Below the pieces are notes generated by a model that was given only the letters and a program-made list of their open reading frames with translations, did no database searches and was not told where the DNA came from. A DNA stretch of 62,114 bases, the filler included, from Diploschistes diacapsis (lineage: Eukaryota), in NCBI GenBank assembly GCA_023645945.1. It is 11 parts of 11 records of this genome, joined end to end, with 100 filler letters (N's around TTAATTAATTAA, not from the genome) between each part and the next. Parts side by side here need not be neighbours in the genome. Positions count along the whole stretch, not along the records: positions 11,349 to 16,919 come from JALAIB010001523.1; positions 17,020 to 22,585 come from JALAIB010001524.1; positions 22,686 to 28,246 come from JALAIB010001525.1; 8 more parts are not named here. One strand, given 5' to 3'. Made by a program: the position numbers and the translations under genes. Numbering within the stretch: the first letter of the stretch is position 1; every line of letters starts with the position of its first letter. This document shows, piece after piece, positions 12,713-23,083 of this stretch.

Positions 12713-13012
12713 CTACGACGAACTCCCCCCCTTCCTCCCCGCCTCCTTGGCCTTCTCGCTGCCCTTCTCGAACGAGCCGCTGGACGCCTTGCCGCCTTGG
12801 GAGGCAATCTCCTTCTGCATTGGGGCCATTAGCACCACAAACCATACACTAATTTATCATCGTGGATTGATTTGGGAAGAAAGACATACCACCTGGTCGG
12901 TCGGCATGCTGGCGAAGCCGCCAGTCGTGCTGGCCTGGCCGCCCTTCCTGGCTGCATCTTGAACCTCCTCCTTGGGGCGGTTGGCGAAGTTGCCGGGGTT
13001 GTTGTCGGCCAT
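12713..13012 (-). CDS. con-10: Conidiation-specific protein Con-10 (KGG-repeat stress protein), exons 13012-12890 and 12814-12713, 74 aa; not in ORF track
   Basis: MADNNPGNFANRPKEEVQDAARKGGQASTTGGFASMPTDQV|KEIASQGGKASSGSFEKGSEKAKEAGRKGGSSS* closely follows Neurospora CON-10; GTATGT donor, GCTAAT branch, CAG acceptor. Confidence 0.95.
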
Positions 13013-14319
13013 TGTGGTATGGAAAGTGGTGGGGTAGAGTGATATGTGGGTTGTTTCTTCGGAGGTGGGTATAGTATGTTGTGCTATTGGGATTGGGGAG
13101 ATGGTGAGAGGGAGGAGATGTGGGAGGTGGAGTGCTCTTTATCTTGGGGATTTGGGGGATCTGGGGCTGTCTGACGCCATTTTGTTACTGGCGTGCTTGC
13201 TGCCTGGTTTCAAGGTTCTTCCACACGATGACAGCATTCAGCACTGGATTTGAGGGGAAGTAGAGTAGAGTATAGATGGTATATGAGATCATGGCTACGT
13301 CCTCGTTTCGCTGCTGCTGCACTGGCGATGACCGGGCCATTGCGTCAAGTCGAGTCGAGTCGAGGAGCAGGATGTGCTGCGGCTATCTACATGGCTATCT
13401 ACATGCATCAATGGGCAACTCTTCCCCTCTTCTTAGGATGCTAGCATGCGGTGGATGTCGTGGGAGAGTATGGGTACGTGCCTGTCGGCCTCTGTAGCGA
13501 GAGAGAATGATGAGGTAAGGTGAGGAGTGTACTCCCTTATGAACAAGCAGGTACAGAAGATCACCTGCTATCGCGACCAGAAGGCGCAAATGGGTTCTCG
13601 TTCTCGTGATCGCCATGGCGGGTCTGCTACTGTGCAGCTTGAAAACAACATATGTAGCGTACCTACGCGAGGCTGAGGAGCACTCCAGCTTCATATGAAG
13701 GTCCAGTTTGGACTCTTCGACTAAGACCTTCTCACAGCTCAGCTCGGCAGATACCAACTGCGGTGCTAGGCCAAGTACACTCTCACATCTCCTTGAGCAA
13801 GTCATGACCTCAAGAATCAACATCTCCTCGTCATCTCGTTCACGAATCCTGAGCTCCCTAACCATTACATCGACTTCCCCATGTGCTCCAGCCCCTGTAC
13901 CGAGCCGCTAGGCTGAGCTGTCCGAATAGCCTCAGCCAATACCTCTCTACAGCAGAGAGATGGCTATGAAGCTTCCTTTCATCATGGGCTAGTCAAAGTA
14001 GAGCGTTCTACGCTTTATTCCATCGAGACTTCAAGGCAGCAGCAGCAGGCATCCGATTTACTGTACGTGACCTGACATCATGGGCTGCCATCCGTGCCTG
14101 AGGATGCCAGGAGAAAGGCGGGAAGCTCAATTGGAGGTTGAGAGACCGAGATCAACAGACGAGAAGCGCTGATGAGGTTGGAGCTCTAAGAAAGTACAGC
14201 TAGCAAGCTATTGCCCATTTCTAACTTCCATTTCTGACCAATAACCAACCCATAACTTCCAATCATCTTCATCACTTAACGTTTCTCACATTTAATCGTT
14301 TACCCATTCAGGGAGTTAG

Positions 14320-14596
14320 GAAAACCCAGGAAACGTCGTTGGCGGCCACAAGGCCAACCTAAACAACCCAAGTATGCACCCCTCCCCCGCTTCTCGTAGC
14401 CTCGACTAATACTATCCCCAGACTCATCCGGGGAGTCCAAGCAGCAATCTAGGGAAGTCCTGCAAAACGGCCTCGCCGACGTTGAGACCAACTCCGACAA
14501 CTCCGACAAGAACGCGAACAAGATTGCTGGTGGTCGCAAGACATAACCTTTCGTACCTGGCATCTTTCGGGATCTGTGAACAACCTGAGTGTATCG
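14320..14596 (+). pseudogene. con-6: Con-6 family conidiation/stress protein, apparently decayed
   Basis: ENPGNVVGGHKANLNNP|NSSGESKQQSREVLQNG...DKNANKIAGGRKT* across intron 14372-14421; in-frame TAG at 14317-14319 with no nearby ATG, TAA at 14544-14546, remnant VNNLSVS at 14576-14596. Confidence 0.75.
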
Positions 14597-15330
14597 CTCA
14601 GTCGTCTATCTGCTGTCGAGTTACGAATCACTGGCAGATGTTTTGGACGCATTAATGTTACACCGCTCCGGACCTGTACATCGCATGCTTTTCTCCTTTT
14701 CTTTCACAACTCTCCCTTCGCCTAATGGTTTCGCTTCATTTTCAAATTACGTCCGATGTTGCAGCCATGATTACCTATTGCGACTTACTCGCTTGCGGAG
14801 GATTAACACAGGCGGCCTTGTTTATGCAGCGGCCATTATCACTAATCTCGGGCCTTACACAGGACTATCTCGAAACCGAACAGTACCGCTCGTGGAGTGG
14901 CCGTGATACCTGCGAAGCTTGTTGATAGATTCGAGATGGCACCGGAAGGCTGTTGCGGTTATCAAAGATCTTGCATGCGTGAGCATCTTTTCCCTGAGCT
15001 TTCATGCTATTACAAATTACCCGGTTCATGTGCTAGGCGAGAGAGTAATGGCCGCAACGCAAAATGTTTCTCGCGATTGCGAGCTGAAGTCGTGGCGTTG
15101 CCTATGCGATGCGGTGGGTACTATTTCTATGGAGCCTGGGGGGGTGAATACTATGTATACTCTCCCAGTCCTCCTTGGTCTGTTATTCTCGTCGAGGTCG
15201 TTGCTTAATCTCTACCTTCTTTTTTGTCGAGGCAGTATTTGCTAGCCATTCTTTCCTAGCAATTGCTTTGCGTTCGCTCATTATCGTTTGTTATTCCAAT
15301 ACATTCCATTTTCGTCTTGTCTTTGCAACG

Positions 15331-16119
15331 ATGGTCAGGTTCACGCTCAACATAGCCACCATGGCTACCATTATCGTCTTTACATCCGCTTCTCCTATCG
15401 GCACCAAAGTCGTCAAGAATAATGAACTGGCAGCGAGTGGCAATAAACCCTACACCCAATTCAACGGTGATGGCTCTACCGCCGATGGCTGGCCTAGCGT
15501 ATCCGACTGGATAGGCTTCGACACCATGTTCAAGATCAACGCCGTCACGATGGGCACCTCCTGCGCCCAGTTTGGCCAGGCCAACAACTCCCCTTCAGAG
15601 ATCCAAGACATCCGAAAGGCCATCGAGGACGCTGCGAATAGCACAAAAGTTGACAAGCGATTCGTCCTGGCCGTTATGATGCAGGAATCAAGAGGCTGCG
15701 TCAGAGTGCCCACGACAGCAGCGACGGTCGCAAATCCAGGACTGATGCAGGATCATGGTGGAAGCGCATCTTGCAATGCGGGAAGTGCGGTGCAGGACCC
15801 CTGTCCTTCTAGTAAGGTATTTAGTTGAGGTATCAACCCAAAACAATTTACATGACTGAATTCTGTGCAGATCGCGCAAATGATCCAAGAGGGCACTGCA
15901 GGTACACCGGCAGGTCCTGGCCTCCAACAGCTTCTGCAGCAGGCAGGGCAGTCTGCCAGTGCACAAAGCTCATACATTGCCGCTCGCCTGTACAATTCCG
16001 GCTCTGTTGCATCGGGCGGAGACTTGGGCCAGGGCTCGGCGACACACTGCTACTCGAGCGATATTGCGAATAGGCTTACGGGGTGGGCGTTGGCCCCGAA
16101 CAGCTGCACTCTTGATTGA
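15331..16119 (+). CDS. Secreted lysozyme-like/SLT-transglycosylase (GH23-like) protein; intron 15817-15870
   Basis: Signal-like MVRFTLNIATMATIIVFTSASP; SLT motifs FVLAVMMQES (catalytic Glu), NPGLMQ and AARLYNSG; several Cys. Confidence 0.85.
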
Positions 16120-16697
16120 GTTCGCCACAGAACACCTGGGCTGTCAAAGAGGTCACGTCTGGAGGGTGGAGATGGGAAAGGGGCCTGGTGTTGTAGTTTT
16201 GGTAGAGCCTTGTTCTCGGCTTGCTGTAATATGGATGGCTCTTTGAGGCTTTTCGTAGCTTCAGGGATGCTGCACTGTGTGATTTACTGTGCAAATCTCT
16301 GTCCTAATCCCTATTCCATAGTAACAACACGCTTTGACTGTTGCCGCTTTGCTGAATATACACTGATGTATAGAACGTGATGTTTATGTATCCATATGTA
16401 TGAGGAGAAGGGGTTGCATTATGTATGCACAGCATCACTGACCACGGATTCTCTGAAAGCTTGGCATCTAGCGGCATCACATTCACATGCTAACCGCACG
16501 CAAATTCCGGTCAGACTTCTTACGGATAATCTATGTGATAAGTTCTCCTCCCCTAATCCGGACAACAACATCTCCTCTCCTCCTTTCACTCCACTCCGCC
16601 CACCCCATCTCTCTCCCCCGGTTCATTTCTCTTCAGCCGCTAACCAACCACCTACTCATCGACCCATCGATCCAATCCACAAATCTAAACCACGCGA

Positions 16698-16919
16698 ATG
16701 GTCCGCGTCAAACACCGCTATCTCCTCCTGCACATCCTCTACCCTTCTCCATCTCCTTCTCCCGCCCCTGTGCCTTCTTCCCCCATTTCCTCGACTCAGA
16801 CCTCGCCTTCTCCGCCAAACCCCACAATATCCCCCTTCCGCCGCCCTTCGCCGCCAACACTCACGCCACAGCTACTACTGAAGCTCGTGCGCGAGCAGAT
16901 AGCTGAGCTCTTTGGGGAC
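16698..16919 (+). CDS. POP5: RNase P/MRP subunit Pop5 (Rpp14/Pop5 family), N-terminal part, cut by contig edge
   Basis: MVRVKHRYLLLHILYP...LTPQLLLKLVREQIAELFGD is the typical Pop5 N-terminus. Confidence 0.88.
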
Positions 16920-17019
16920 NNNNNNNNNNNNNNNNNNNNNNNNNNNNNNNNNNNNNNNNNNNNTTAATTAATTAANNNNNNNNNNNNNNNNNNNNNNNNN
17001 NNNNNNNNNNNNNNNNNNN

Positions 17020-17188
17020 GTGCGGGTGGTGGAGGGGCGGCGGCGGAGGAGGCGCCGAAGGAGGAAGAGAAGAAGGAAGAAGGTAAGGAAGAAACAGAGA
17101 TTGTTGGAAGGGGAGACGTGCTGATGATGGCGTGTTTACAGAGAAAGAGGAGTCGGATGAGGACATGGGTTTCGGTCTGTTCGATTAG
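17020..17188 (+). CDS. 60S acidic ribosomal stalk P-protein (P1/P2 or P0) C-terminus; intron 17083-17141; not in ORF track
   Basis: GGGGAAAEEAPKEEEKKEE|EKEESDEDMGFGLFD*, the universal P-protein tail; paralog cannot be assigned from this fragment. Confidence 0.93.
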
Positions 17189-17430
17189 AGGGGCTTTGCG
17201 GACGGTGACTTGTTTTCTGGCTGGTTACGATAGGCGCATACCCTGCATGAGAATCAAAGATTGTGGCTCTTCAAATGTGGTTTTCAATCATGTGCGAATG
17301 AGCTCTGTGTGCCTGGCTGCGGTGTGTTGCGTGTTTTCGACATCCTAATTATGCGTTTATACTCGTACATGTATTGCCTGCCATGCTCTATTATAGGACT
17401 TGGACCGACCAACCTAGTATTTCATATACT

Positions 17431-18622
17431 CTATTTGACAGCTGCGGAACCGTTGGCAGTCTTTTTTGGCTTGTTATACAGGTGGAACTGTGCAAATATT
17501 GTGAAATCCTGAGCGACCGTACCTAAACGACTGTCAGCTGGGTTTGCTGGGATTAATTCCATGCCAGGTACCGAAAGAGCCTATGAGCCACGGCAGGTTC
17601 TTGAGGAAATACTGCAGCTCTACGGAGTGGAACAGAATCTACAGAGTCAACGATGTTCCAGATCGAAAGGGCATGCAACGTACGGATGCTCCATAGGTGA
17701 CGTTCCCCAGCACCGAAAGCATGAAGAATAGGACCGACAGGCCTGAGATGGTGAGCTAGGAACACCCAAAAGCCTGGTTCGCGGCCTACCTTCACAAGAC
17801 TTCTCTTTATAATTCTTCCAAATCTGCGGTATCCGGGCGCTTGGCTCTGTTAGCAGGCATGCATCTCTTTCGAGACCCTTGATACGCCTACCCGAGATAC
17901 AGGATAGCAGATATATAGCCCAAGACCTCAGCGCCGGGGATTCTGTCAGACTCGCTGGACCCGTCGCCGGTGGACGTGGGTTGCCACAATTCAAACTGCC
18001 AAGCAAGGACCCAGCACAGACTGCCGAGAAAGCACAGTGCGAGGATAGCCACGGCATTCTTCAGGCATACCCTAAGCATGCTCGGCTCTTTCGCCATGGT
18101 AGGCAAGGGAGGAGAGTGTGTAGCCGAATTGCGGGGGCCAGCGGAGGAGCGTCTCCGCAACAGTGGCTGAGTAGGATCATCAGAGACCCCTCCATTGGGG
18201 TGCTGTCCGTTCAGCGGGTCCTTTTGAGCTTTCTGGGCATTCGAATAGTTATAGTACAAACATTGGGCGAGCAGAATGACATCCGCTATACAGAAATACA
18301 CAGCCAAGGCGATGACGGTAGGTACGAGTCCGGCCCATATTGATCCAATGAGATTGGCCACATCGCCTGCGAAGTTCTAGTTGCTTGACGGCTACTGCGC
18401 CAAGTCTCAAGCATACCGATTAGCCAGACGGCAAGAAAAGTCAATGAGAGGCCCTCTGCACTGTGCAGTCTGTAATTCTCCCACAACTGTGGCATCTAGG
18501 TAGGTTGAGTCGCTCGACACTGACGAATCGGCAAGGGGGTGACGCACCATGACAAAAACCCAAGCAGCCAGCGAAATGGAACCGGACACGCCAGAGAGGG
18601 CTTCACGCGCTTCGAGTGCCAT
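17431..18622 (-). CDS. PQ-loop vacuolar amino-acid transporter (YPQ/PQLC2-like), 7 exons
   Basis: Two PQ motifs, MPQLWENYRLHSAEGLS and ARIPQIWKNYKEKSCEGLS, plus NLPWLIGSFGTVAQDFTIFAQF; six GT-AG introns keep frame. Confidence 0.9.
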
Positions 18623-19886
18623 GGTGGGGATGCAGTCGATCCTCTGGTATTACTCTATTTCGTAATGTGAATTCGACCGGGCATGCAAGAGCAAGATGGA
18701 GAAAATTTCTCCTGCAGCAGTAGTGGTCACGACAGCTTGGGGCAACGTCCATGACAAACAAGGGTCCCCGTTGTTCTGACCCGTTAACTTGACGCTGAGT
18801 CAGAATATTACCGGCAAAAAGTAACACCGTGCAACAAAATGTTTCTCAATACTTTCCATGTCCTTCCACTCAGATTTGAATGCTCATTTGCGTGCAGTGG
18901 TAGTAAAAGGAAAACGTTACGAAGAAGCATTGGAGTAAATGAATGACGCTGAGTCCATTGATTTCCTCGCCTTTGAAAAAACGTGGATATTAAAAGAGGG
19001 ATATGATAGTGACAATAAAGGGCGCGCAAAAAGGAGCGGAAATGTATTGAAAGATAAATATAATTAACGGTCCGAATAAGCGCTGCCCAAAGTTCAGCCC
19101 CGAGTTTTATGCACGGAGAGACTACGGAAGCACAAGTTATAACCAGCCAGTGTTATAACAGATCCGGAGAAATGGCCCCATCTGCTGATACACCGGATTC
19201 CTCCGTTTGAAAATGCCCTGTAAAGTGCAAAGTGCAAAGTGTAAAGTGTAAAGACAGCCTCGAATACGAGGTCACTTGCAGCTGTTTCTCCGAGGCGAGC
19301 CCCAGGTTGGACATCAAATGGGGGGGGAGTGAGAGTGAGTGAGTCAGCACGGACTTAGTGAGGCCTCCAAAGAGCTGAGCCGGGCCGGTCGGAAAGACTA
19401 GAGAGGCCCTTGGGGGAGTCCTTGGCGAGTCCTTGGGGCGTCTTGGGAGCCGGATGCCCCCACTGTTCCGGCCAAGTAATAAATTTTGGGCCTCCTATTA
19501 TTAGTTCTTCCCTCCCCCCCCGGTTAGTCCCCCGTTTGCCCGGTAGAGAAGCGCAAAAGCTTTGTTCTGCCAAGCCTCAACTGTCATACAAAGTTCATGT
19601 TCTATTTCCTGCTTCTCCTAGTCCTACAATCCACACTCACGTCTTTTCGTCTTCTCACTTCTTCGCCATTATTCACTTTTGTTCATTTCATCACGCTTCT
19701 AACACTCGCTCAACACTTGTTTGTTCTTCTTTTGTGCTCTTTGATTGTCTGGCGAATCCCTTTTTGATTCGATCCTAGTTTCAAGACCAGGTTCGGGCAA
19801 TCGGATCCCTGACATAGCATCAGCCTTCCTTTCCTTCCAGTACCACCACACAGTCTCTGCTTTTTGAGCAGAGCACGTCAGCAACC

Positions 19887-20861
19887 ATGTACTCCTCGAG
19901 GATACTGCTGTGTGTTTCGATAGCCCTACTGGCGCTTTGCGTGTCTGGAAACGCGCAGAACCAGCTCGGTGAACTAGAACAGCGGCAAAACGAAAACGAC
20001 AATTCGACAAACGCTGCCGCTGCTGCGTCAACGACCGGTGGATCAGCGCCGTCGACATCTCCATCGGCAAGCCCAACGCCATCCCCATCAACCGCAGCAG
20101 CCCCGTCCTCTTCGCCTTCGCCCTCGCCCTCGCCCTCACCCTCACCCTCACCCTCACCTTCGCCTTCCCCTTCGCCTTCCCCTTCCCCTTCAAGCAACCC
20201 GGCGCCCCCATCCACGACCAACAAGCCAGCCACCTCATCCGCACAACCCCAAAGCACATCTCCCTCCAACTCTCCATCCAATTCTCCCTCCACCAGTGCA
20301 GGACCAAGCCCGTCCAGCTCTGCCGCTGCTCAATCCTCACAAGGCAACCCCTCGAGCCAAGGTGTATCCACCTCCACCTCCCCGTCAAGCGCTGGACCAC
20401 CATCCGGCACCTCGGCGGCCGTTGTGACTTCGACCGTCAAGCCTCAAACAACAGTCATTCCAGCTACAACGCTCTTTGCCGTCATCACAACCGGCGGCTC
20501 CGTCATAACCAGCGCCGAAAGCACCGCGTTTACCACCAGCGTTACGACGCCGACCGCCGCTCCCGGCTCGCTTAATGGTGGTGGTGGCGACGGCTCCAAC
20601 CCGGGCGATCTCACTTCAACACAAAAGAGTACCGTGATCGGGGTCGTGGTCGGTGTCGGAGGAGCTTTGATCCTGGGTGGCGTGGGATTTGTGCTGTGGA
20701 GGCTCAAAGGGCAGAAGAAGCGTGGCACGGACGATGACGATATTTTAATGGGCGGCACGCAGGGCGGTGAAAAGTACAGTAACGCCGGCAGCCCTTTCAG
20801 GTCGACGCTCGACCAGTATCACAACCCTGCCGGACAAGTGAACACCGCATCGAACTTTTAA
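19887..20861 (+). CDS. Mid2/Mtl1-like cell-wall stress sensor, 324 aa
   Basis: Signal peptide, Ser/Thr/Pro-rich ectodomain, single TM VIGVVVGVGGALILGGVGFVLWRL, cytoplasmic tail PFRSTLDQYHNP...NTASNF. Confidence 0.82.
   Translation: MYSSRILLCVSIALLALCVSGNAQNQLGELEQRQNENDNSTNAAAAASTTGGSAPSTSPSASPTPSPSTAAAPSSSPSPSPSPSPSPSPSPSPSPSPSPSPSSNPAPPSTTNKPATSSAQPQSTSPSNSPSNSPSTSAGPSPSSSAAAQSSQGNPSSQGVSTSTSPSSAGPPSGTSAAVVTSTVKPQTTVIPATTLFAVITTGGSVITSAESTAFTTSVTTPTAAPGSLNGGGGDGSNPGDLTSTQKSTVIGVVVGVGGALILGGVGFVLWRLKGQKKRGTDDDDILMGGTQGGEKYSNAGSPFRSTLDQYHNPAGQVNTASNF
20112..20189 (+). repeat. Coding hexamer repeat (TCNCCY)13 encoding (Ser-Pro)13
   Basis: Directly visible 6-bp periodicity inside the Mid2-like ORF. 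Confidence 0.9.
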
Positions 20862-21839
20862 ACGGCATTGGTTTGAAATTTGGATTAGCGATGGGCGCCG
20901 TTCTTGAGAGGACAGAAATGGCGAAGAAGGCTGTACGGCAGCAATAACGACTACTAGCAACGACTTGGAAAACCACATACTATTTCGTAATCAGCATCAG
21001 TCTTCCCAACCCGATTCGATGGATTGGTGGACGCTCTTCAACTTTGGCTTGGACTAGCTTGCATTGCGCAGGCGTCACGGCTTTCATTGGAACGTCGCTG
21101 GAAGGCAACAACACTTTGATGAAAATTCGAGCCCTTTTTTTCTTGCATCAATAGACACATACTCGGCATGAATGCAGATCTCTTGATACTATTACTTACA
21201 GACTGCGTGGGCGGATGCTCCTGGCTCCCTTCATCATATCTATTGTATAGGTGTGGCTCCCACTCCGTCAGTCAAGTCCCTCTTGATGCTCAAGAGCCTC
21301 CTGAAGCTAGCCTTGCAGTCTGTACACCGTATCAACCTCCCTACATACCTACCAAATACCCAACGACATGACACCAGAAAGTCCCCGCTGTTCCCTGGCG
21401 CCTAGAATATGCGTGGATCTCATATCAACTGCTGCAAGGTAGTCTACGTTATTATCGTTCCTCCTTGCACTGTTTTCAGTTTGTATTCAGTCCCAGGTAA
21501 ACCAAAAAGTGCATGATTTCCGTCCCCACAAGAAAGGGAAGCGGGATAGGGGGGGCTGTTGTATGTTGTGCGCCACTAACATTCCTCCCCACCCACCTAC
21601 ATACCTACCTACCTCGTGCCCCCGAAAAAGCATATTGAAAAAAGCATGTATTCCCCCTCCCAAAAAAATTTTTAAGAAAAAAAAGCAAAAAAAGATTCTC
21701 GAAACATAAAATCTCAAGAGAGAGATCCATCCCGTCCATCTTAGCCCATCGACCCTCATAGCCGGGGGGGGCGGTGGCCCTTGGGACCTTCCCGCCCCCG
21801 GGGCCAGTTTTACACCTTTCCACCAACAACAGTAGTATA

Positions 21840-22585
21840 CAGTCACGTGCCAAAAGTAATGGTCCCTACCTAAATTATAATAGACATCATGTTACGATCC
21901 AAGTACCAGACTTGGCACGTCCCAGCTTTCTGTATATAGCCAACCACGGTAACAGGGGTCACGTGACTAACAGATACCCGTTGGCAGATGTCTGTCAAAA
22001 ATAGATCTGCTCGGACAGTTATTTATTAATGACAGCGCTGTTGCGACAGCTTGTTATCGATAGCTGGCTGTTAGTTTAAACTATATAAAAACGCCGCCGT
22101 GGCCTCCGTGAGTCCAGGGCGTGTTCATTTTCATAAACATCCTTAATTATTACTTAGAATTAATCTATATTCGTTACCTCTATTATCTAAAAAGACTCCT
22201 TTCCAGAAATAGTCTGACCTATGACTGCTCTACCTTCTTCTCCTACTTGCACTCCTCTTCTAAACGAGACCAAACCCACCTTGATCTATACCTTGTGTCT
22301 ACCTTGCAGAGATAGAGATCATAACACATCACTAATTTTGGAGATGCGATGCGCACCCAAATAATGTCCTATAAATGCGCTTTTTAGATCATTTTAATGC
22401 CCTTTATTCTTAAAACAATACGTAAGAGCAAAAATAATAAAAAACAGGTTTTAAAAACTGCTATTATCGAGACATTTGATTAAATTACGGCAGATAAGGA
22501 ATAAAATTAGCCTATTCAATTAATTTACTCGATGCCTACGCGAATTTAGGCTGTATACGACGCGTAGAAGTAGCAAATAAAGTAT
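21840..22585 (+). mobile_element. Tc1/mariner (impala-like) transposon left end, interrupted by a solo LTR, AT-rich remainder to contig edge
   Basis: TA|CAGTCACGTGCCAAAAGT resembles the CAGT..TGCAAAAAGT start of Tc1/impala TIRs; sequence becomes AT-rich from here. Other end not in contig. Confidence 0.5.
21890..22326 (+). mobile_element. Solo LTR, 437 bp, with 5-bp target-site duplication CATCA
   Basis: Begins TGTTACGATC, ends GATCATAACA (9/10 inverted repeat, TG...CA); CATCA at 21885-21889 and 22327-22331; internal TATATAAA; homologous copy at 33159. Confidence 0.9.
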
Positions 22586-23083
22586 NNNNNNNNNNNNNNN
22601 NNNNNNNNNNNNNNNNNNNNNNNNNNNNNTTAATTAATTAANNNNNNNNNNNNNNNNNNNNNNNNNNNNNNNNNNNNNNNNNNNNGGGCTGTTGGATGAG
22701 GAGGAGGGATGGGGGATGAGAAGTAAGGAGGACGAGAGGAGGGAGAGGCGGGAGTTGTGGATCAAGGAGGCTGGATGAGCATAGAAGGGGGAAATGCGTG
22801 ACGAATACTCATGAATCTGAAACGACAAAACGACAAAACGACATGTCTCCTAGATAATTTTATATAAATCCTTAAGATTCGCTGCATGTATGTATGTACG
22901 TATGTATGCTGTCAAGAAAAGCCCCCTTCCCACCGCATCTGGATCTTCGAACCAAAAAAAAAAACCCTCACCCCGTTCAATCAAAACCCCCACGAAACGA
23001 ACTCAAACCCCCAACTGATCGGTGGCCATCAATCACATATACTCCCTCTCATCCTCCTGCTCCCCCTTTCCACACCGAACCCC

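Noticed and set aside
13395..13865. 156-aa ORF between con-10 and con-6
   Set aside because: No recognisable motif or splice support; could be a decayed gene but cannot be supported.
19699..20403. (GE)n and (VR/AR)n repeat ORFs on the minus strand
   Set aside because: Antisense readings of the Ser-Pro repeat.
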